A stretch of 64,000 nt of DNA from positions 42,222,001 to 42,286,000 of the forward strand of contig OX597820.1 of the NCBI GenBank assembly GCA_951406725.2. The letters run 5' to 3'. Positions within the stretch are counted from its first letter, which is position 1; the number at the start of each line of letters is the position of its first letter. This DNA is from Octopus vulgaris (taxonomy: Eukaryota). Of this stretch, positions 25,734 through 40,114 are shown in pieces. The notes under the pieces are model-generated. The model was not told the origin of the DNA, made no database searches, and worked only from the letters and a program-made list of their open reading frames with translations. A program made the translations under genes and the position numbers.

Positions 25734-27539
25734 AGCAACATTGTTTACTAGAAATAGTTGTTAATAACACAATTTCTCACGCTTTAAGCCTATCTCAAGA
25801 CGAAAACGCCAAGCAATCCATTTGTTACAGGGAAGAGAGTCGATTAGCAGATTCGTTAAATTGTCAGATAAAACAAGCTGTGATATTTGTTCCAAATCTC
25901 TGTGCTCTGAATTCAAATACAGTTCCAGTTTTTATACTGCTCTTTTTCACTACGGTAGTTTTTACCTGAGTGATCCTCTTGATAAAGAACAAGCGTCTGT
26001 GCTCGTTATTATGTGGGCACTTTAAATCATTAGCGAAAGCATGCTGCGTACTTACCTTAATGTCAAGTCATCATCGTCTGCAAATGACGGCTGTAGATTT
26101 TAATATTGTTTACATTAATTACTGCTCTTATTTTGGTGATACGATTTTTGTTATAACTTTTGTGACTATCATTTGGGGCTGATATTGCACCAGCTTTAGT
26201 CTTTGACTTACCTCCTTGTCTTCTTGATCATTTCAGTTTTGATATAGACAATAGCAACGGGAATATTAATAATATTATCGTTGTTATTGTCAGTGTTCTT
26301 CACATTTTATAGCCATTGTTTCTGAGATAATGAAAGCTCCTGATAATAATAATTTTGTTTAGGAGCAGGTCAGGTATGACTGCTTAAAACCTATAATCAA
26401 ACCTATTCCTTCCATGACCACTTGACCGTCTCTCATGTATATCTTAGACAACATATCTTATTACTCTATCACATTTCAAGATGGCAGGAGATTTGTCTCC
26501 TGTTTTAGCAGATCAAATACCACAACGAGATTATTGTAGAATTTTGCTTTGGGTCATTTCTGACTGAACAGAACTTTGATTACATGTACATTATTTTCGG
26601 GGGTGCTACTGATTTTCTGGCAGAACAATTAGATAAATGACGAAAGGAAAGACGATGATGTTTGTGCCTAGTAATACTCATGAGATACTTTAGTAACTAG
26701 ACTGATGTCATACTATTTGTCTCTTTCCTTCTTTGAACTTCGTTGTCAGTGGTGCTTACTGCATCTACTGTAAACAGGAGAGCAATTAGCCTTTGTTTTC
26801 TACGTACGCCAACAAACACAACCAGTTTTATTTTCATTCGGGAAAAATATTATTAAAAACATTCAACAGAACCATCCTTCCTCGTAGCGAAATCCGCTGT
26901 TAAAGATCCTTAAGCATTTCTCTAAAGAATAACAAACTGAATTATATTTTTTTCTAAATTCTTGCTTTTTGTTCACTATTGCTTCAAAGAAAACTGAAAT
27001 CAAAAGAAACATGTGCAGTCTGTTGAACAACAAAAACAACAAAATCAACAACAAAACAATAGCTGCAGCAGTAATAGCAAAAATATTATTTACAAAAATG
27101 CTTTCTTATATTGACTTGAAAAGAATCAAAATGGCCGAGTGGATAAGGCATTGAATGTATTGATAAGGAATTCAATGTATTTAGTTACTATTCACCACAG
27201 GCGTTCCTGAGTAAAAGTCACTTAACTCATCTAACTGTTAAGAATATTCACTAAATCGCCTGAAAACATATGTAGAAGATTTGTGGTAATAAGATTGACT
27301 GGCATGATACCCTGACAGAAACTGTTTCACAAGCGATGGGTATAAACATCCTTATTAGGAGCTAGACCCTTTAGCTCGAAGAACATTTGTCATTCCATAT
27401 CTTATGTACCAACTTTATTTGAAAAGAGAAACTGCGTCGCACATGATTCATTTAACTGCATTACCGGTGTTGAACAAAATTATTACCAATGTTGAAAATA
27501 TTAATTCAAGAAAAATTGTAGTAGTTAAGATAGATCTCA

Positions 27540-28430
27540 GTACCTAATGATTAATATCAAATCTGATAAGATGGAAGTCAATTCCTGTGAAATTTGCACG
27601 CAGAAAATAAAGGGACGAGATTTTTTGAGTTCAGTATTGATAACTTTAGTGGGAAAGGGCTAGTTAATTAAATCAGCAGCAGTATTTTACAAGTACATTA
27701 TTTCCTTGATCCCACAAAAGGATGAAAGTCAAAGTTGATCTCAGCGGTGTTTGAATTAAGAACCTGAATATAGCAAGGCATTCTCTTCGGCACACCCAGT
27801 AATTCTGTTAACCCACCACCTTAAACTATATATAGGTTAAAATGATTTTGTATTTCTATACACAAGCTGAGAGGCGGGTTAACTCGATTAAATTAGCCCA
27901 GTACCAGACTAGCACATATTTTATCGTCTAGGTTACATAAACGCAACACTAAGCAGGGTTTGAAATAAATAGCGATAGAGTTTACAGTAGCTGCATCATT
28001 ACTGATGCGGTAGGTATCATTGTTGAAGCAAGAATGGTTTCAAATTTTGGCACACGACCAGCAGTGTTGAGGAGCGAGGGAAGTCGATTACATCGACCCC
28101 ATTACTTAACTAGTACTTATTTTATAGACCCTGAAATGATATCGGCATCATTTAACACGAGAACTAAATGCTGCTGAATCCGACGTGCCATCGAATATTG
28201 TTGAAATAATAATGATCCTTTCTACTAAGGATAAAAGGCCTGAAATTTGTAGGGAGCGGACTTCGTCAACTACATCGATCCTAGTGTTTCACTGGTATTA
28301 ATTTATCGACCGCAAAAGAATGAAAGGGAAAGTCGTCCTAGTCGGTATTTGAACTTGGAACGTAGCGACAGACGAAATACCGCTAAGCATATCACCCGAC
28401 GTACTAACGATTCTGCAAGCTCGCCGTCTT
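27540..28430 (-). mobile_element. Cluster of family-A SINE copies (old fragments plus a younger copy at 28215-28430)
   Basis: Repeated AAGTCGATTACATCGACC/GGATGAAAG/TTTGAA motifs in minus orientation. Confidence 0.75.
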
Positions 28431-28440
28431 TGAAATAATG

Positions 28441-28496
<56 letters not shown>

Positions 28497-28513
28497 TATT
28501 ATTATTATTATTA

Positions 28514-29049
28514 TTGAGTGAGGGAGCAGTGCATGCCATCAAAGTAAATATACGGGGTAAAATATACGAAGCCCAGTATACCCATCATGACTACCCGCCT
28601 GATAAGGGTACACTAGGCACATGCATCACAACCATATGTACACGACATGGTGATCTCATATCAAGATAAACTGAACATGACCTTGCAGGTGGAGCCCAGT
28701 TAGAATTTTCTTCTGGTTGAGTAACCCATCCCGCTCAAAGGGTCCCTGAATAAGGGTTGTTTAAGGATGTTGAACGAAACACCCATGTTTCCAGAGGTGA
28801 ATTATTCAAACCCCAAAGAATCCCTCTCAACACATGGCTATGATGCTCCCCCTATGATACTCAGAGATGCACATATCATCAACCACTAACTGGTTAAGGT
28901 CAAACAACTGACAAGCAAATCTGTGGTATTGAGCAGAATATTTGCTGTAGCCCATCTTTTATACCAAGACAAAACAATGTACATGATAACACGTTCAACC
29001 AGTTAAGATCAGAAGCCATGAGAGTCACTGCCTGGTACTGCATCAGGGC

Positions 29050-29052
<3 letters not shown>
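28514..29052 (-). mobile_element. Non-coding interspersed element of about 540 bp inserted in (ATT)n
   Basis: Complex, GC-richer block with sharp borders and (ATT)n directly on both sides. It has no long ORF. The orientation is a guess, chosen so the element reads in (TAA)n context. Confidence 0.6.
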
Positions 29053-29337
<285 letters not shown>

Positions 29338-29894
29338 ATTAAAAATCTGAGCACACATTAGTAGTAATTGGTGTTGAAAGATCAAAAAAGCAAACAAAAC
29401 ACAAACGAATATATCAAATATAGATTTCTAGCATAGTCACAAATTCAGTTATACATATATATATATATTTTTTTTTCAGCTGAAGTATCGATTCAAGCCG
29501 ATCCAGTATATGACCGTGGGATTTGATCTTAGAACGATGTAAGTAAATGGGGCGTACCTAAACATAATAAAGCATACTGTCATACTTGCCGACATTTCTG
29601 CCCGTCAACCACCCTCAGGACAACAGATGTAAAATGTACAAAATAAAATTTTAAAAAAATATTTTGTTCTTAACGATAAGAAAAAAAAATATCATTTCAT
29701 ATTTCTTATCCCGGAAAAAAAAAATGTAATTTAGCTTTCTTTCCTAACAAACCATTATTGTATGACAATAAAAAATTAGGGCGAATTTATTTATTGCTTT
29801 CCTATTTTTCATGCTTTCATTATTTATTTCGCGGTGCAAGTGACGATAGTGACAACGGGGGTGGTTGTTGAAGGTGTTTTGTTGTTATAACTGT

Positions 29895-29911
29895 ACGTAT
29901 GTATGCAAGTG

Positions 29912-29943
<32 letters not shown>

Positions 29944-29987
29944 TGTATGCATGTATGTATGTATGTATGTATGTATGTATGCAAGTG

Positions 29988-30019
<32 letters not shown>

Positions 30020-30290
30020 TGTATGTATGCATGTATGTATGTATGTATGTACGTATGTGCGTATGTATGTATGTATGCATGTATGTATGTATGTATGTAT
30101 GTAGATATGCATGTATGCATGTATGCATGTATGTATGTATGTATGCATGTATGCATGCATGCATGTATGTATGTATGTATGTATGTATGTATGTATGTAT
30201 GTATGTATGTATGTGTGTATGTATGTGTGTGTGTATGTATTTATGTATGTGAGTGTGTACGTATTATGAGAGTGTATGTGTGTATGTACA
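29895..30290. repeat. (TATG)n array
   Basis: Directly visible. Confidence 0.95.
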
Positions 30291-30811
30291 CACAAACATA
30301 CGAATGTAAATCAATAGAACATGTGACCCGACACAATTTTAGAATGTATATTGGTGAAAAGTAGCGACAGAGAAAGTAACGTTTGTTGGAGTTACTAAAA
30401 AAAATCCTTCTGTTTGCAAGTCTGCGTGATTGTCTGATTGCCTGCCCGTGCTTTCATGAATACGTATGCAAGTATATAGGGAGAGAATGACTGAAACAGT
30501 GTAAGAGAGAGAGAGAGAGAGATAGATATATAGAGAGAGAGAGACAGACAGACAGAGAAAGAGTGGGAGACAGTGGGAGAGAGAGAAAAGCGCGTGCGCG
30601 CGTGTGTGTGTGTGTGTGTTGGGGTGACAAGGGTAAAATATAATTACATGTTTTGAAATAAAGGCTGAAATTCAGATAAATACAGAAATTGATAGGCTTT
30701 CAGGATCTGAAGGGACCAGTGGATATTTTTGCACATGCATTTATATGAAAGCGCACATATGCGTTAGTTTGTATGTCTTTGTGTCTGTGTGAGTATTCTT
30801 GCCTGTGTACA

Positions 30812-31202
30812 TCTTTATATATAAAAGTGAAGTTGTGTGTCTGTCTCCTACGATTTAGATTCCTAACTACTCCCACATTTTGCGATGCAGTGTAACCAAA
30901 AGCGGGTATCTTATAGTTGTGATTCATATCGAGCCCTTCTGGGTATTAGTACGCATCTACGATGAGTCTACGATTTTTAAAAATTACCATCATTTTTTCC
31001 CATTTTTAATGCATTTTTTTGCTATTATATAAGGGAAGTAACTCTCTAAAAATGTATTATTAAATCTCAGAACGTAAAAAGCTACAGTAACACCCCCCTT
31101 TGTGGTTAGCCATATTGAGATGGCTATTATACTTACATCTCTAAAAATGCTTATATAGTTCTTTCCCTTACAAACTCGAGCAACGCCGGGCGATACTGCT
31201 AG
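30812..31202 (+). mobile_element. Non-autonomous Helitron
   Basis: A|TCTTTATATATAAAAGTGAAG ... CTCGAGCAACGCCGGG hairpin ... CTGCTAG|T. These are canonical TC/CTAG ends at an A-T target. Confidence 0.85.
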
Positions 31203-31599
31203 TATACCATAAATAATAAATTAGGACTCATGAATCCAGTTTTTACCTTTGACTTCAATTCATTTAACACAAGCGCATGACAAATGAATCTTGCAAACAA
31301 CGTTCTCAGAAACTCTGGTACAAATTCACAAAAAATATTCATTAAAAATTAATTTCGAAGAGACAATGAAATATTTAAGATGTATATGGATTTATATCAT
31401 ATGCTATATTATGTGCTAAGCAAATCCATTTGCAACTTCCTAATTTGGATCACATATTTTTACGACGCGTATCCAAAGCACGTTATAAATGGGTCAATAG
31501 TCTGACTCTAAGTTTTAGTGAGGCATTAGTGATTGAAGTGATACCGGGAAATTTAAAACAAAATCAGGCTCTAAGGACATTAAATCTATATCAAAGAAA

Positions 31600-32156
31600 T
31601 GTGTAACTAAATTTAAGTTAGTATCCTAAAAGATGATTTTTCTGTCATTGCAAATACTCGCTAAGAAATGGATTCTACACCTTCCTTGGACAGTATGGAG
31701 TCTTATGAAATGAGAGATGTAGGTTTACTGTGTTGTGATACTGTCAATGATGTAAAAAAAATGTACCAAAACTTTAACCAAATCAAGGGTGAAATAACAT
31801 TGCATACATATTGTTTTGCCAAACAGATTCGAACATATGAGAGGAAGTTATCGCCTGGATACTCACAACAAAAGCAAAGTAGACTCAGAAGAAAAATGAA
31901 ACTAAGTTTAAGTTCTTATCGTAAACATTTTTTTCTATCTCAGTACTCTCTAAGAAGTGGGCTCTACACTTTACCAGGATATTATGGAGTCTTATGAAAT
32001 GAGAGACTTAGGTTAACAGAGTTTTGATAACGTCAGAGGGGGCGTCACGAGTATAAAAAATAGCAAAATGTTACTAAATCACGTCTAAAATAAGGTCGCA
32101 TGCATATTGTTTTGCAAAACAGATTCGAAACTTCTGAGAGGAAGTTATCCCCTGAC
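31600..32156. repeat. Diverged tandem duplication, unit about 290 bp
   Basis: TATGGAGTCTTATGAAATGAGAGA at about 31695 and 31983. CATATTGTTTTGC.AAACAGATTCGAA..TGAGAGGAAGTTATC at about 31807 and 32103. Confidence 0.85.
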
Positions 32157-32568
32157 AAGAGACCTGGTCTGTAATCTTGAAACGGAATGGTCTCAGCTAA
32201 ATGAATTTATAAGATAGAGGGTGGTGATAGACTGGGTGAGGAATTTCCTCTTTGCTAATTAATACCTTTAGGTCATGACAAGCCTGTATTAAATGCATTG
32301 AAACTCTAAACATTGGACTCTAAACAAGGACGGTTTTCGACTTAAATGACAATGAATATCTGCAAGAAAGGGAAAATAGGTTGTAAGAACTTTCAAATAT
32401 TTCTCCAGTGACGTTGACTGTGTAGAGAAACAGAAATATCTTCAACAGTGTATAGAAACTATAGTGCAACCTCAGTTTTGTCAAGATCTTAACTACCCGC
32501 TTTAAGACACAAAATAGATCAAAACGAAAATATATTTTGATAGAAATTGTTAAGTAAATGAAAGAGAA

Positions 32569-32708
32569 GGTGCAGGAGTGGATATGTGGTAAGTAGCTTG
32601 CTTACCAGCCACATGGCACCTTCGGCAAGTGTCTTCTACTATAGCTTCGGGGGGACCAAAGCCTTGTGAGTGGATTTGGTAGACGGAAACTGAAAGAAGC
32701 CCGTCGTA

Positions 32709-32757
<49 letters not shown>

Positions 32758-32758
32758 T

Positions 32759-32790
<32 letters not shown>

Positions 32791-33043
32791 TGTATGTATG
32801 TATGTATGTATGTATGTATGTGTGTGTAGATGTTTTTGTGTCTGTGTTTGTCCCCCCAACATCGCTTGACAACCGATGCTGGTGTGTTTATGTCCATGTA
32901 ACTTAGCGATTCGGCAAAAGAGACCGATAGAATAAGTACTAGGTTTACAAAGTCCTGGGGTCAATATGCTCGACTAAAGGTGGTGCTCCAGCATGGCCGC
33001 AGTCATATGACTGAAACAAGTCAAAGAGAAAAGAATAAAGAGT
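32569..33043 (+). mobile_element. tRNA-derived SINE family B, near full length
   Basis: Head GGTGCAGGAGTGG..TGTGGTAAG, core CACCTTCGGCAAGTGTCTTCT, an internal (TA)/(TATG) microsatellite, and tail GGTGGTGCTCCAGCATGGCCGCAGTC..GACTGAAAC. A possible TSD AAAGAGAAGGT lies at 32561 and 33044. Confidence 0.9.
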
Positions 33044-33548
33044 AAAGAGAAGGTATTCCAGGCAAAAACTGCAAAAGAAAAGAAAAGAAAAATTGAAAAA
33101 ATGTGTGTATTTCGACAGGTTGGGATCCACTGTTCTAGAATATATTTATAGCTAAATTTATACTGAGTATATATTTGTTCATCTCAGCATATATTATTGC
33201 AAAAGCACCTTAGAAAATTGATGACAAATTTGGTGATACTCTTCGGTAACTCTGCTTTGATTTCGAACGCAAGGCTCTGTGTATTTTTCTATTCAAATAT
33301 AAATCTAAAAATTATATAGAAATAAAAAGTTTTAGCTTCTATAGCCTAGCTAACTTTAAGCAACGTGCTGGACAACAAAACACTAACGATAAGTGAGGCG
33401 GTACACCAATTTCCAAGCTGTGGCTGTATCCATCTTCCATGCTTTCACTGAGCCAAGCTACCGGTTGTACACACATACAGAAACAGACTAGAGAATGGGG
33501 AGCGTTGAAGAGTTGATTAATCTTTTCCCATTTCATACACGTAATCAA

Positions 33549-33865
33549 TCATTCATCATCATCATCATTGTTCGACCGTGGTCGAGACAATGGAATTTAC
33601 TATGCTACGCCAGACTTCACGGTCCATCATGGCATTACGGAGGTCCTGTTGCTGGATGCTTGTATCCCTGGAGATTATATCAGGGTAGGAGAGAGTGCGC
33701 CCTCTGGTACTGCGAGTAGATGGCTTCCAGAGGAGAAGAGTAGAAATTATCTCTTTTTCAGCTCTACATATCCAGCAAACTGGACTCTCCTACCTTTCAC
33801 AAGAGATGACACAGGTGGTAGTTTCCCATATATTTGCATTTGCATCAATCCTTACCAGTATACAT
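33549..33865 (-). mobile_element. 5'-truncated RTE-clade LINE 3' end
   Basis: Minus translation QIYGKLPPVSSLVKGRRVQFAG.(fs)RAEKEIISTLLLWKPSTRSTRGRTLSYPDIISRDT..DLRNAMMDREVWRSIV, followed by a (TGA)n tail. Confidence 0.8.
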
Positions 33866-34088
33866 AGTGAGCTCTTCAATTCGTAAGCGGCATAGTATAT
33901 ATGTAACATTCGATAGGTTGATAACACGTAGACAGTCTATTGACTACATGTACCAACGAGGTTTACTCGGTCAGAGCTGACCTGGGAATACACAGGAACA
34001 TGGTCATGGCAATTTTCATTTACTCATTTCTTAAACTAATTTCATTTGTCTCGTCTAACTGCAGAAGATTTCACGGAATCTATATATT

Positions 34089-34484
34089 CTTTTCTACTCT
34101 AGGCACAAAGCCCGATATTTTGGGGTCGGGGGGCAGTCGATTAGATCGACCTCAGCACGCAACTGGTACTTAGTTTATCGACACCGACAGGATGAAAGGA
34201 AAAGACGACCTTGGCGGAATTTGAACTCAGAACGTTAAAGACAGACGAAATACCTATTTCTTTACTAGCCACAAGGGGCTAAACACAGAGAGGACAAACA
34301 AGAACAGACAAACGGATTAAGTCGATTATATCGACCCAGTGCGTAACTGGTACGTAATTTATCGACCCCGAAAGGATGAAAGGCAAAGTCGACCTCAGCA
34401 GAATTTGAACTCAGAACGCAGCGGCAGACGAAATACCGCTGAGCATTTCGCTCGGCGTGTTAACGTTTCTTCCAGCTCGCAGCC
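34089..34484 (-). mobile_element. Dimeric family-A SINE with perfect 19-bp TSD
   Basis: TTCACGGAATCTATATATT at 34070-34088 and 34485-34503 flanks two SINE units with the same tail order as 7570-7966. Confidence 0.92.
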
Positions 34485-34549
34485 TTCACGGAATCTATAT
34501 ATTAAACAACCCCTACGTTCGATAGCGTATGAGTTACTATTAAGAAATA

Positions 34550-35746
34550 CAGGGGTTGGACAAAGTAATGGAAACGCCTAGCATAATAGCATCATAATTT
34601 TGAAATATCTATAATAAAACCATCAAAAGCTTATTTATTTTCATGGTTTATGGTTTATTATTAGTGTTGCTTAATATGTTTTGTTAAAATTGCTGTTTCT
34701 TTTCAGATATCATCAGAAAAAGGTAATTAAAATTCATTAAAATGACAGATCTGTTGGACTTTCAAAGAGTTCAAATTGTTGGTGCTCGTATAGCGGGCGC
34801 TAGCGTGACGAAAACAGCCGAAATGTTTGGTGTATCAAGAAGTACTGTCTCGAAAGTAATGACAGCCTTTGAGAAAGAGAGAAAAACCTCCTCATCGAAA
34901 CAAAACTCCGGAAGCAAACAACAGCTTTCAGATAGGGAACGTCAGACTCTTACAGGAATTGTTAGAAAGTATCACAAAAGTATAGCTCCCAAATTTACTG
35001 CAGAGTTTAATGACCACCTCGAGAACCTAGTTTCCACAAAAATTGTTCACCGGGAGTTGCACAAAATCCGGATTTTACAGGAGGGCTGCATCAGAAAACC
35101 ACCACTTTAAAAAAAAAACGTTGCAAAGCGTTTAGACTGGAGTAAAAACCTACAGAATTGGTCTCTAGAGCAGTGGAAGAATGTTATTTTCTCGGAGGAG
35201 TCATACTTTACCTTAGGTCCGACCACCGGCAGAGTTTACGTGTGGAGACAACCAAAAGAAGCATTTGACCCAGACAGCCTTCTCCCAACTGTTAAACATA
35301 GAAGAGGATCTGTGATGATCTGGGGGCTATATCTTGGAAATTCGCCGGCCCAATGATTTCCCTTCATAGCAGAATTAATATTCAAAACTATTTAAGTATT
35401 TTATCTGATCAAATTCATTCTTTGTTTGCGGGATTGTTTCCGAAGGGAAACGCAATCTTTCAGGATGATAATGCACCAATTCACACAACTAAAGTTGTTA
35501 CTGAATGACACGAAGATCATTATAGTAAAGTCGAACATCTTATCCGGCCACCACAGTCCCCAGATCTCAATATTATTGGACATTTATGGTGCATTTTAGA
35601 AAAAAAAGTAAAGAGTCCATATCCTCCACCATCATCACTACAAGAACTAGTGACTGTTTTAGCTGAAGAATGGGTAAAATTTCCTTTGGAAACAATTCAA
35701 ACATTGTACGAGTCCATACCTCATAGAATTCAAGCTTTAATTACTG
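34550..35746 (+). mobile_element. Tc1-family (DD34E) transposon, inactive, right TIR not found
   Basis: Left end TA|CAGGGGTTGGACAAAGTAATGGAAAC. ORF 34742-35110 encodes paired HTH domains. The frameshifted continuation reads WKNVIFSEES..RVYVWR..TVKH..SVMIWG..FQDDNAPIH..PPQSPDLNIIGHLW..LYESIPHRIQALI. The first D is changed to E and the final E to G. Confidence 0.92.
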
Positions 35747-36401
35747 GTGGTAATTAATTGACCAGTGTACATGTCAATGAGCATGTAAATACTTATTTCA
35801 GTGTATAGATAATTGGATATAAAGAGTTTGAAAATAAGAGCGTGCATAATAATTTTGTGTTATAACATATATTGCGTTTCTGCATGTGTACGTATGACTA
35901 TATTCTATTTATATATTGATGACAGCAGTGTTTATATATATGTATAGTTAGAGATGTGTGCAAATTATGTTATACACACACAAACACACACAAACAAAAT
36001 CGTTATGCACACACAAACACATTATTTATTTAGTAATCCAATTATTATTTTGGAGTGTCTTCGGTCAGAGAACCATTTTTTTAAACATTGGCTCTATTCT
36101 GTAATGAACCGAGGCTGGTTCTTTGCACATTTATAAAATGACATAGTGTTCATTTTATATTCTCAACTGCCATGGCTTCTCCTGTTCAAAGAAGAGTCTG
36201 TGTTTGTTTCCGATCTCTGAAATTGCTCGATGTCATTAAGTTGCTTATTTCCCCGATTTGTGAGCTCAATTCTTTATCTCATAAGGATTCTTCCATTTCG
36301 AGGAATAATGATTTTGTAAATAATGGCATTCATTTGTGGGACAAATTCAACGTATATTGCTTACGTTATTCAAGTAAGTTTGTAATATCTTGCATAGAGA
36401 A

Positions 36402-36592
36402 AGGCGGTGAGCTGTCAGAAATGTTAGCACGCCAGGTGAAAAGTTTAGCGGTATTTCGCCTGCCGCTACGTTCTGAGTTCAAATTCCGCCGAGGTCGACT
36501 TTGTCTTTCATCCTTTCGGGGTCGATTAAATAAGTACCAGTTACGCACTGGGGTCGATATAATCGACTTAATCCGTTTGTCTGCCCTTGTTT
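36402..36592 (+). mobile_element. Family-A SINE abutting a minus-strand family-C fragment (36600-36678)
   Basis: Head, B-box and core are present, followed by GTGTCTTGCTCAAGAGCACAAC, the reverse of the CORE-like motif. Confidence 0.85.
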
Positions 36593-36694
36593 GTTATCGT
36601 AAAAGTGAAGTGTCTTGCTCAAGAGCACAACACACAGTCCCGTCCGGAATCGTGACTGTGAGCCCGACGCTCTAACCGCGCGCGTGTGTGTTTA

Positions 36695-36728
<34 letters not shown>

Positions 36729-36769
36729 TGTGTGTGTGTATGTGTGTGTGTCAGTGTAATTATGATCGT

Positions 36770-38578
36770 GGTTCTGTAACTTCTGCAATCATTTTTGATC
36801 TAGCACGCTAGACTTTTGCGCTATGATTATTATACTGCTATCAAAATTGCAATAATGGGAAAATAAATAAAATGAATGTTATGTTAAGCGTAAATTACCG
36901 TTATTTTGGATGAGAACAATAGCAACTAGGTGGACAAGTAGCTCCAAAACCAATAAAACACAAAACAAAAATGTAAAGTGAATATTATTAATTTTATGTT
37001 TTCCAAAATAGCTTTGACGTCTTCTTTTACGCTTATGTTGCATGTCCGTATCTCGTTTTAAAAACCAGCAGTAGTCCATCTGCATGTTTGGTGTAGGTCT
37101 GACACTGTAGCGGCTTTCTAGCTCTTTGATTTCTTGATGAAATCGTTCACCATGCTCATCGCTTACATCACCCATATTGAGTGGAAAAATGTCAAGATGA
37201 GAGCGGAAAAAATGAATTTTTAGCAACATTCTTGCCCCAATTTGCTTATAAGCTTTCAAAAACTCGTTCACAATTGCGACATAGTTATTCATTTCCCAAA
37301 AAAATTTTTACCAGAGAAACTAACTTTTCCCAAGCAGTTTTCTCTACTGAGCTTAAATTTTCTTGAAGCAGCTCATCATAAATTAGTGTGCGAAATTCTG
37401 GTTCATTTAAAACACCAGCTTTGATATTAGCTTCACCCTTGCTAGAAAGAAATCATTCAGTGAGATATTTGAATCCTTCACCGTCTTTATTCTTGGCCTT
37501 AAACAAATTCTTAAACAAGCCAAGTTTAACGTGTTAGAGAAGAAAGTAAATTTTCTGAGCGTCAACTAAAGGGATATATTTAACGCTGTATCTCCCTGGA
37601 GTGAAATCACTTCTATTTGGCCACCCTTTTTGATCATAATGATGCTTGTCATCACTGCTGTTTCAAAGGCACAAAAAACACTGATGCTTTGTATACCCCA
37701 TTTGCAACCCAAGAAGCAAACCAATAGCTTTCAAGTCCCCGCATATATTCCACTTGTGCTCAGAATATTTAATTAAGTGCAAAATTTTATCCGTTGATTC
37801 ATAAGTTTCCTTTAATCCTACAGCATGTGTTAAATTTTCCACTATCGTAACAAAATCTGTCCGGGCGATTAACATAAACTTTTCTGCACATCATAAATAG
37901 AAATAGTAGTAACCTAAATAAACACGCAAGAAAGCTTATCATTTAACTAAAATATAAAATTAATCAACTGCAAATGTTACTGTAAAACATCAAAATATAT
38001 GTCTAGAAAAACAACAACAAATCATTGAAATTATTATAGAATGTACTGAAGCTATGGCTATCACGAAACAATTTTTCCATCTCTAAATTTTAAACATTGA
38101 TCACTTTAATAAATAACTAAACTTACTACTAAACTACTTTTCAAATAACTTGGCTCTCTTATTTAATGTACTTTGTTTTAATAGCACTAGAAGTTATCAA
38201 GAAAAGGGGGTCTGAGTGGCTTACTATAACCTGATATCAATAGCCTACTGTGAGGAGAACTTTACAATAATTACTGCGATAGCAAAGTAAAATAAGTTCT
38301 CATCTTGTGTAGCAATTTAACAGGTAGACTACGTTTCCCTTTATCAGCGCTTGTTTTTGTTTCAGTGATGAGTATGTGAATGAAAATCGAAAGCAAATAG
38401 CCTACTACTTTGTCAATATTATCAATTAATTGGAAAATTTTGTTCTGTGAATAGCTAAAAATACTACACGTGCTGTCTAAAAACTGATGTCAAATTCATA
38501 TTCAACACCCTAAAATTATCCTAAATCAGCTGAAAATGTTCAACTATCATGACAATTTTTATTTTATTTTGCCCAGTG
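36770..38578 (-). mobile_element. Chapaev3-like (CMC) DNA transposon, internally deleted
   Basis: Terminus CACTGGGCAAAATAAAAT at 38578. The N-terminal remnant reads CRK.VNRPDRFCYD.GKF. Further motifs are LKETYE..IKYSEHKWNICGDLKAIGLLLGLQMGYTKHQCFLCL, HVKLGLFKNLFKA and LKIHFFRSHLDIFPLNMGDVSDEHGERFHQEIKELESRY..DYCWFLKRD. The left boundary is approximate. Confidence 0.85.
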
Positions 38579-39174
38579 TTATTCATAACAGTTTGTAGAC
38601 ACGATCTCACGCAAACACACACACACACACACACACACACCTATATATGTGTGTATGTATGTATGTATGTATGTATGTATGTATGTGTTTGTGTATTTTT
38701 GTGCGTATGTGTGTGTATACATACATATATATGCGTGCTTGTGTATTTCTATGATGAACAATAATGCACATAGGTGCTGTTGTTGTTGTTGTTGATGCTG
38801 TTACCGCTGCACAAACATAGGTCATTCATGATGAAGTAGAGTTATGATCAAAATGCGTTTCAGCATTGATAGTCACAAGTTTTTAGATATATTTTTGCAT
38901 ATCAGGGTCATTTCCCAATGTGCCTTATTTTGTAAGAAGAACAAAGCGTAAATTGAAAGGGATTTCGCTGCTATTTATAGCAAATCAATCGCATGTACAA
39001 AGGATCCTTTGTTTGCTCCATATATATATATATATCTGCTTGCGTATATGTCATATATGTCTGAATCGTGAGAAGTTATACTTACGAATTTTGTATTTGA
39101 AATATATGTCCCTTTGTATGTAGAGACATGTTAACCTGAACACAGCTTCGCGTACGTGTATGATGGTGTGTAAA

Positions 39175-39410
<236 letters not shown>

Positions 39411-40114
39411 ATCTGTAGTATTATTTTCTCACTTTGCATTTATAAATGTGCATGCTTCTCTAAATATTTCCTACATTATGTTTACGCATGCGTAAATGCG
39501 TATGAGCTTGTATTTGTGCTTGTTTACGTGTGTCTGGGCGTGTGTGCATGTTTGTGTGTGTTTTTGTGAGAGTGCGTATGGTATGTGTGTTTAATTGTAT
39601 GTATGTGTCTCACATTAAACTTTTATTCGTGATTTCTTGAACATTTGCAACATTACGTATGTGTGCGTAAATGTGCGTAAGGTCCGTGTTATCGAGTGTA
39701 AATATTTGATGTGTAAATATTTGACGTGTCTATAAGTTTCTATATGTGTGTGTAAGTATGTAGTATTCGCGACCATTTTCTCTGAAGATTCGTGTATAGA
39801 TTCGTGCCTATGTGTATAGATATATGCGTTTGTGTTCGCGCGCGTTAATGTGTGTGTTTCAGTTTATAGAATAGGTGTGTTGTATTTTACTATTTGTAAA
39901 TTTACATGTGTATAATTACGCACCTGTGTGGGATGAGGTGCATTGTATGTGTATGTGTTAGTGAGTGTGTGTGGTGTGTGTTTTTATTTTAAGTATTCGA
40001 TAACGCTGTTCTTTAATTACGGGTCAGCCCTGGTCGAGTAGACCTGTCACCATAAGCATTCTAGCCATGATACTTTAATTGTGAATACGTTAATTAATAA
40101 CTATTTCCGTTTAA

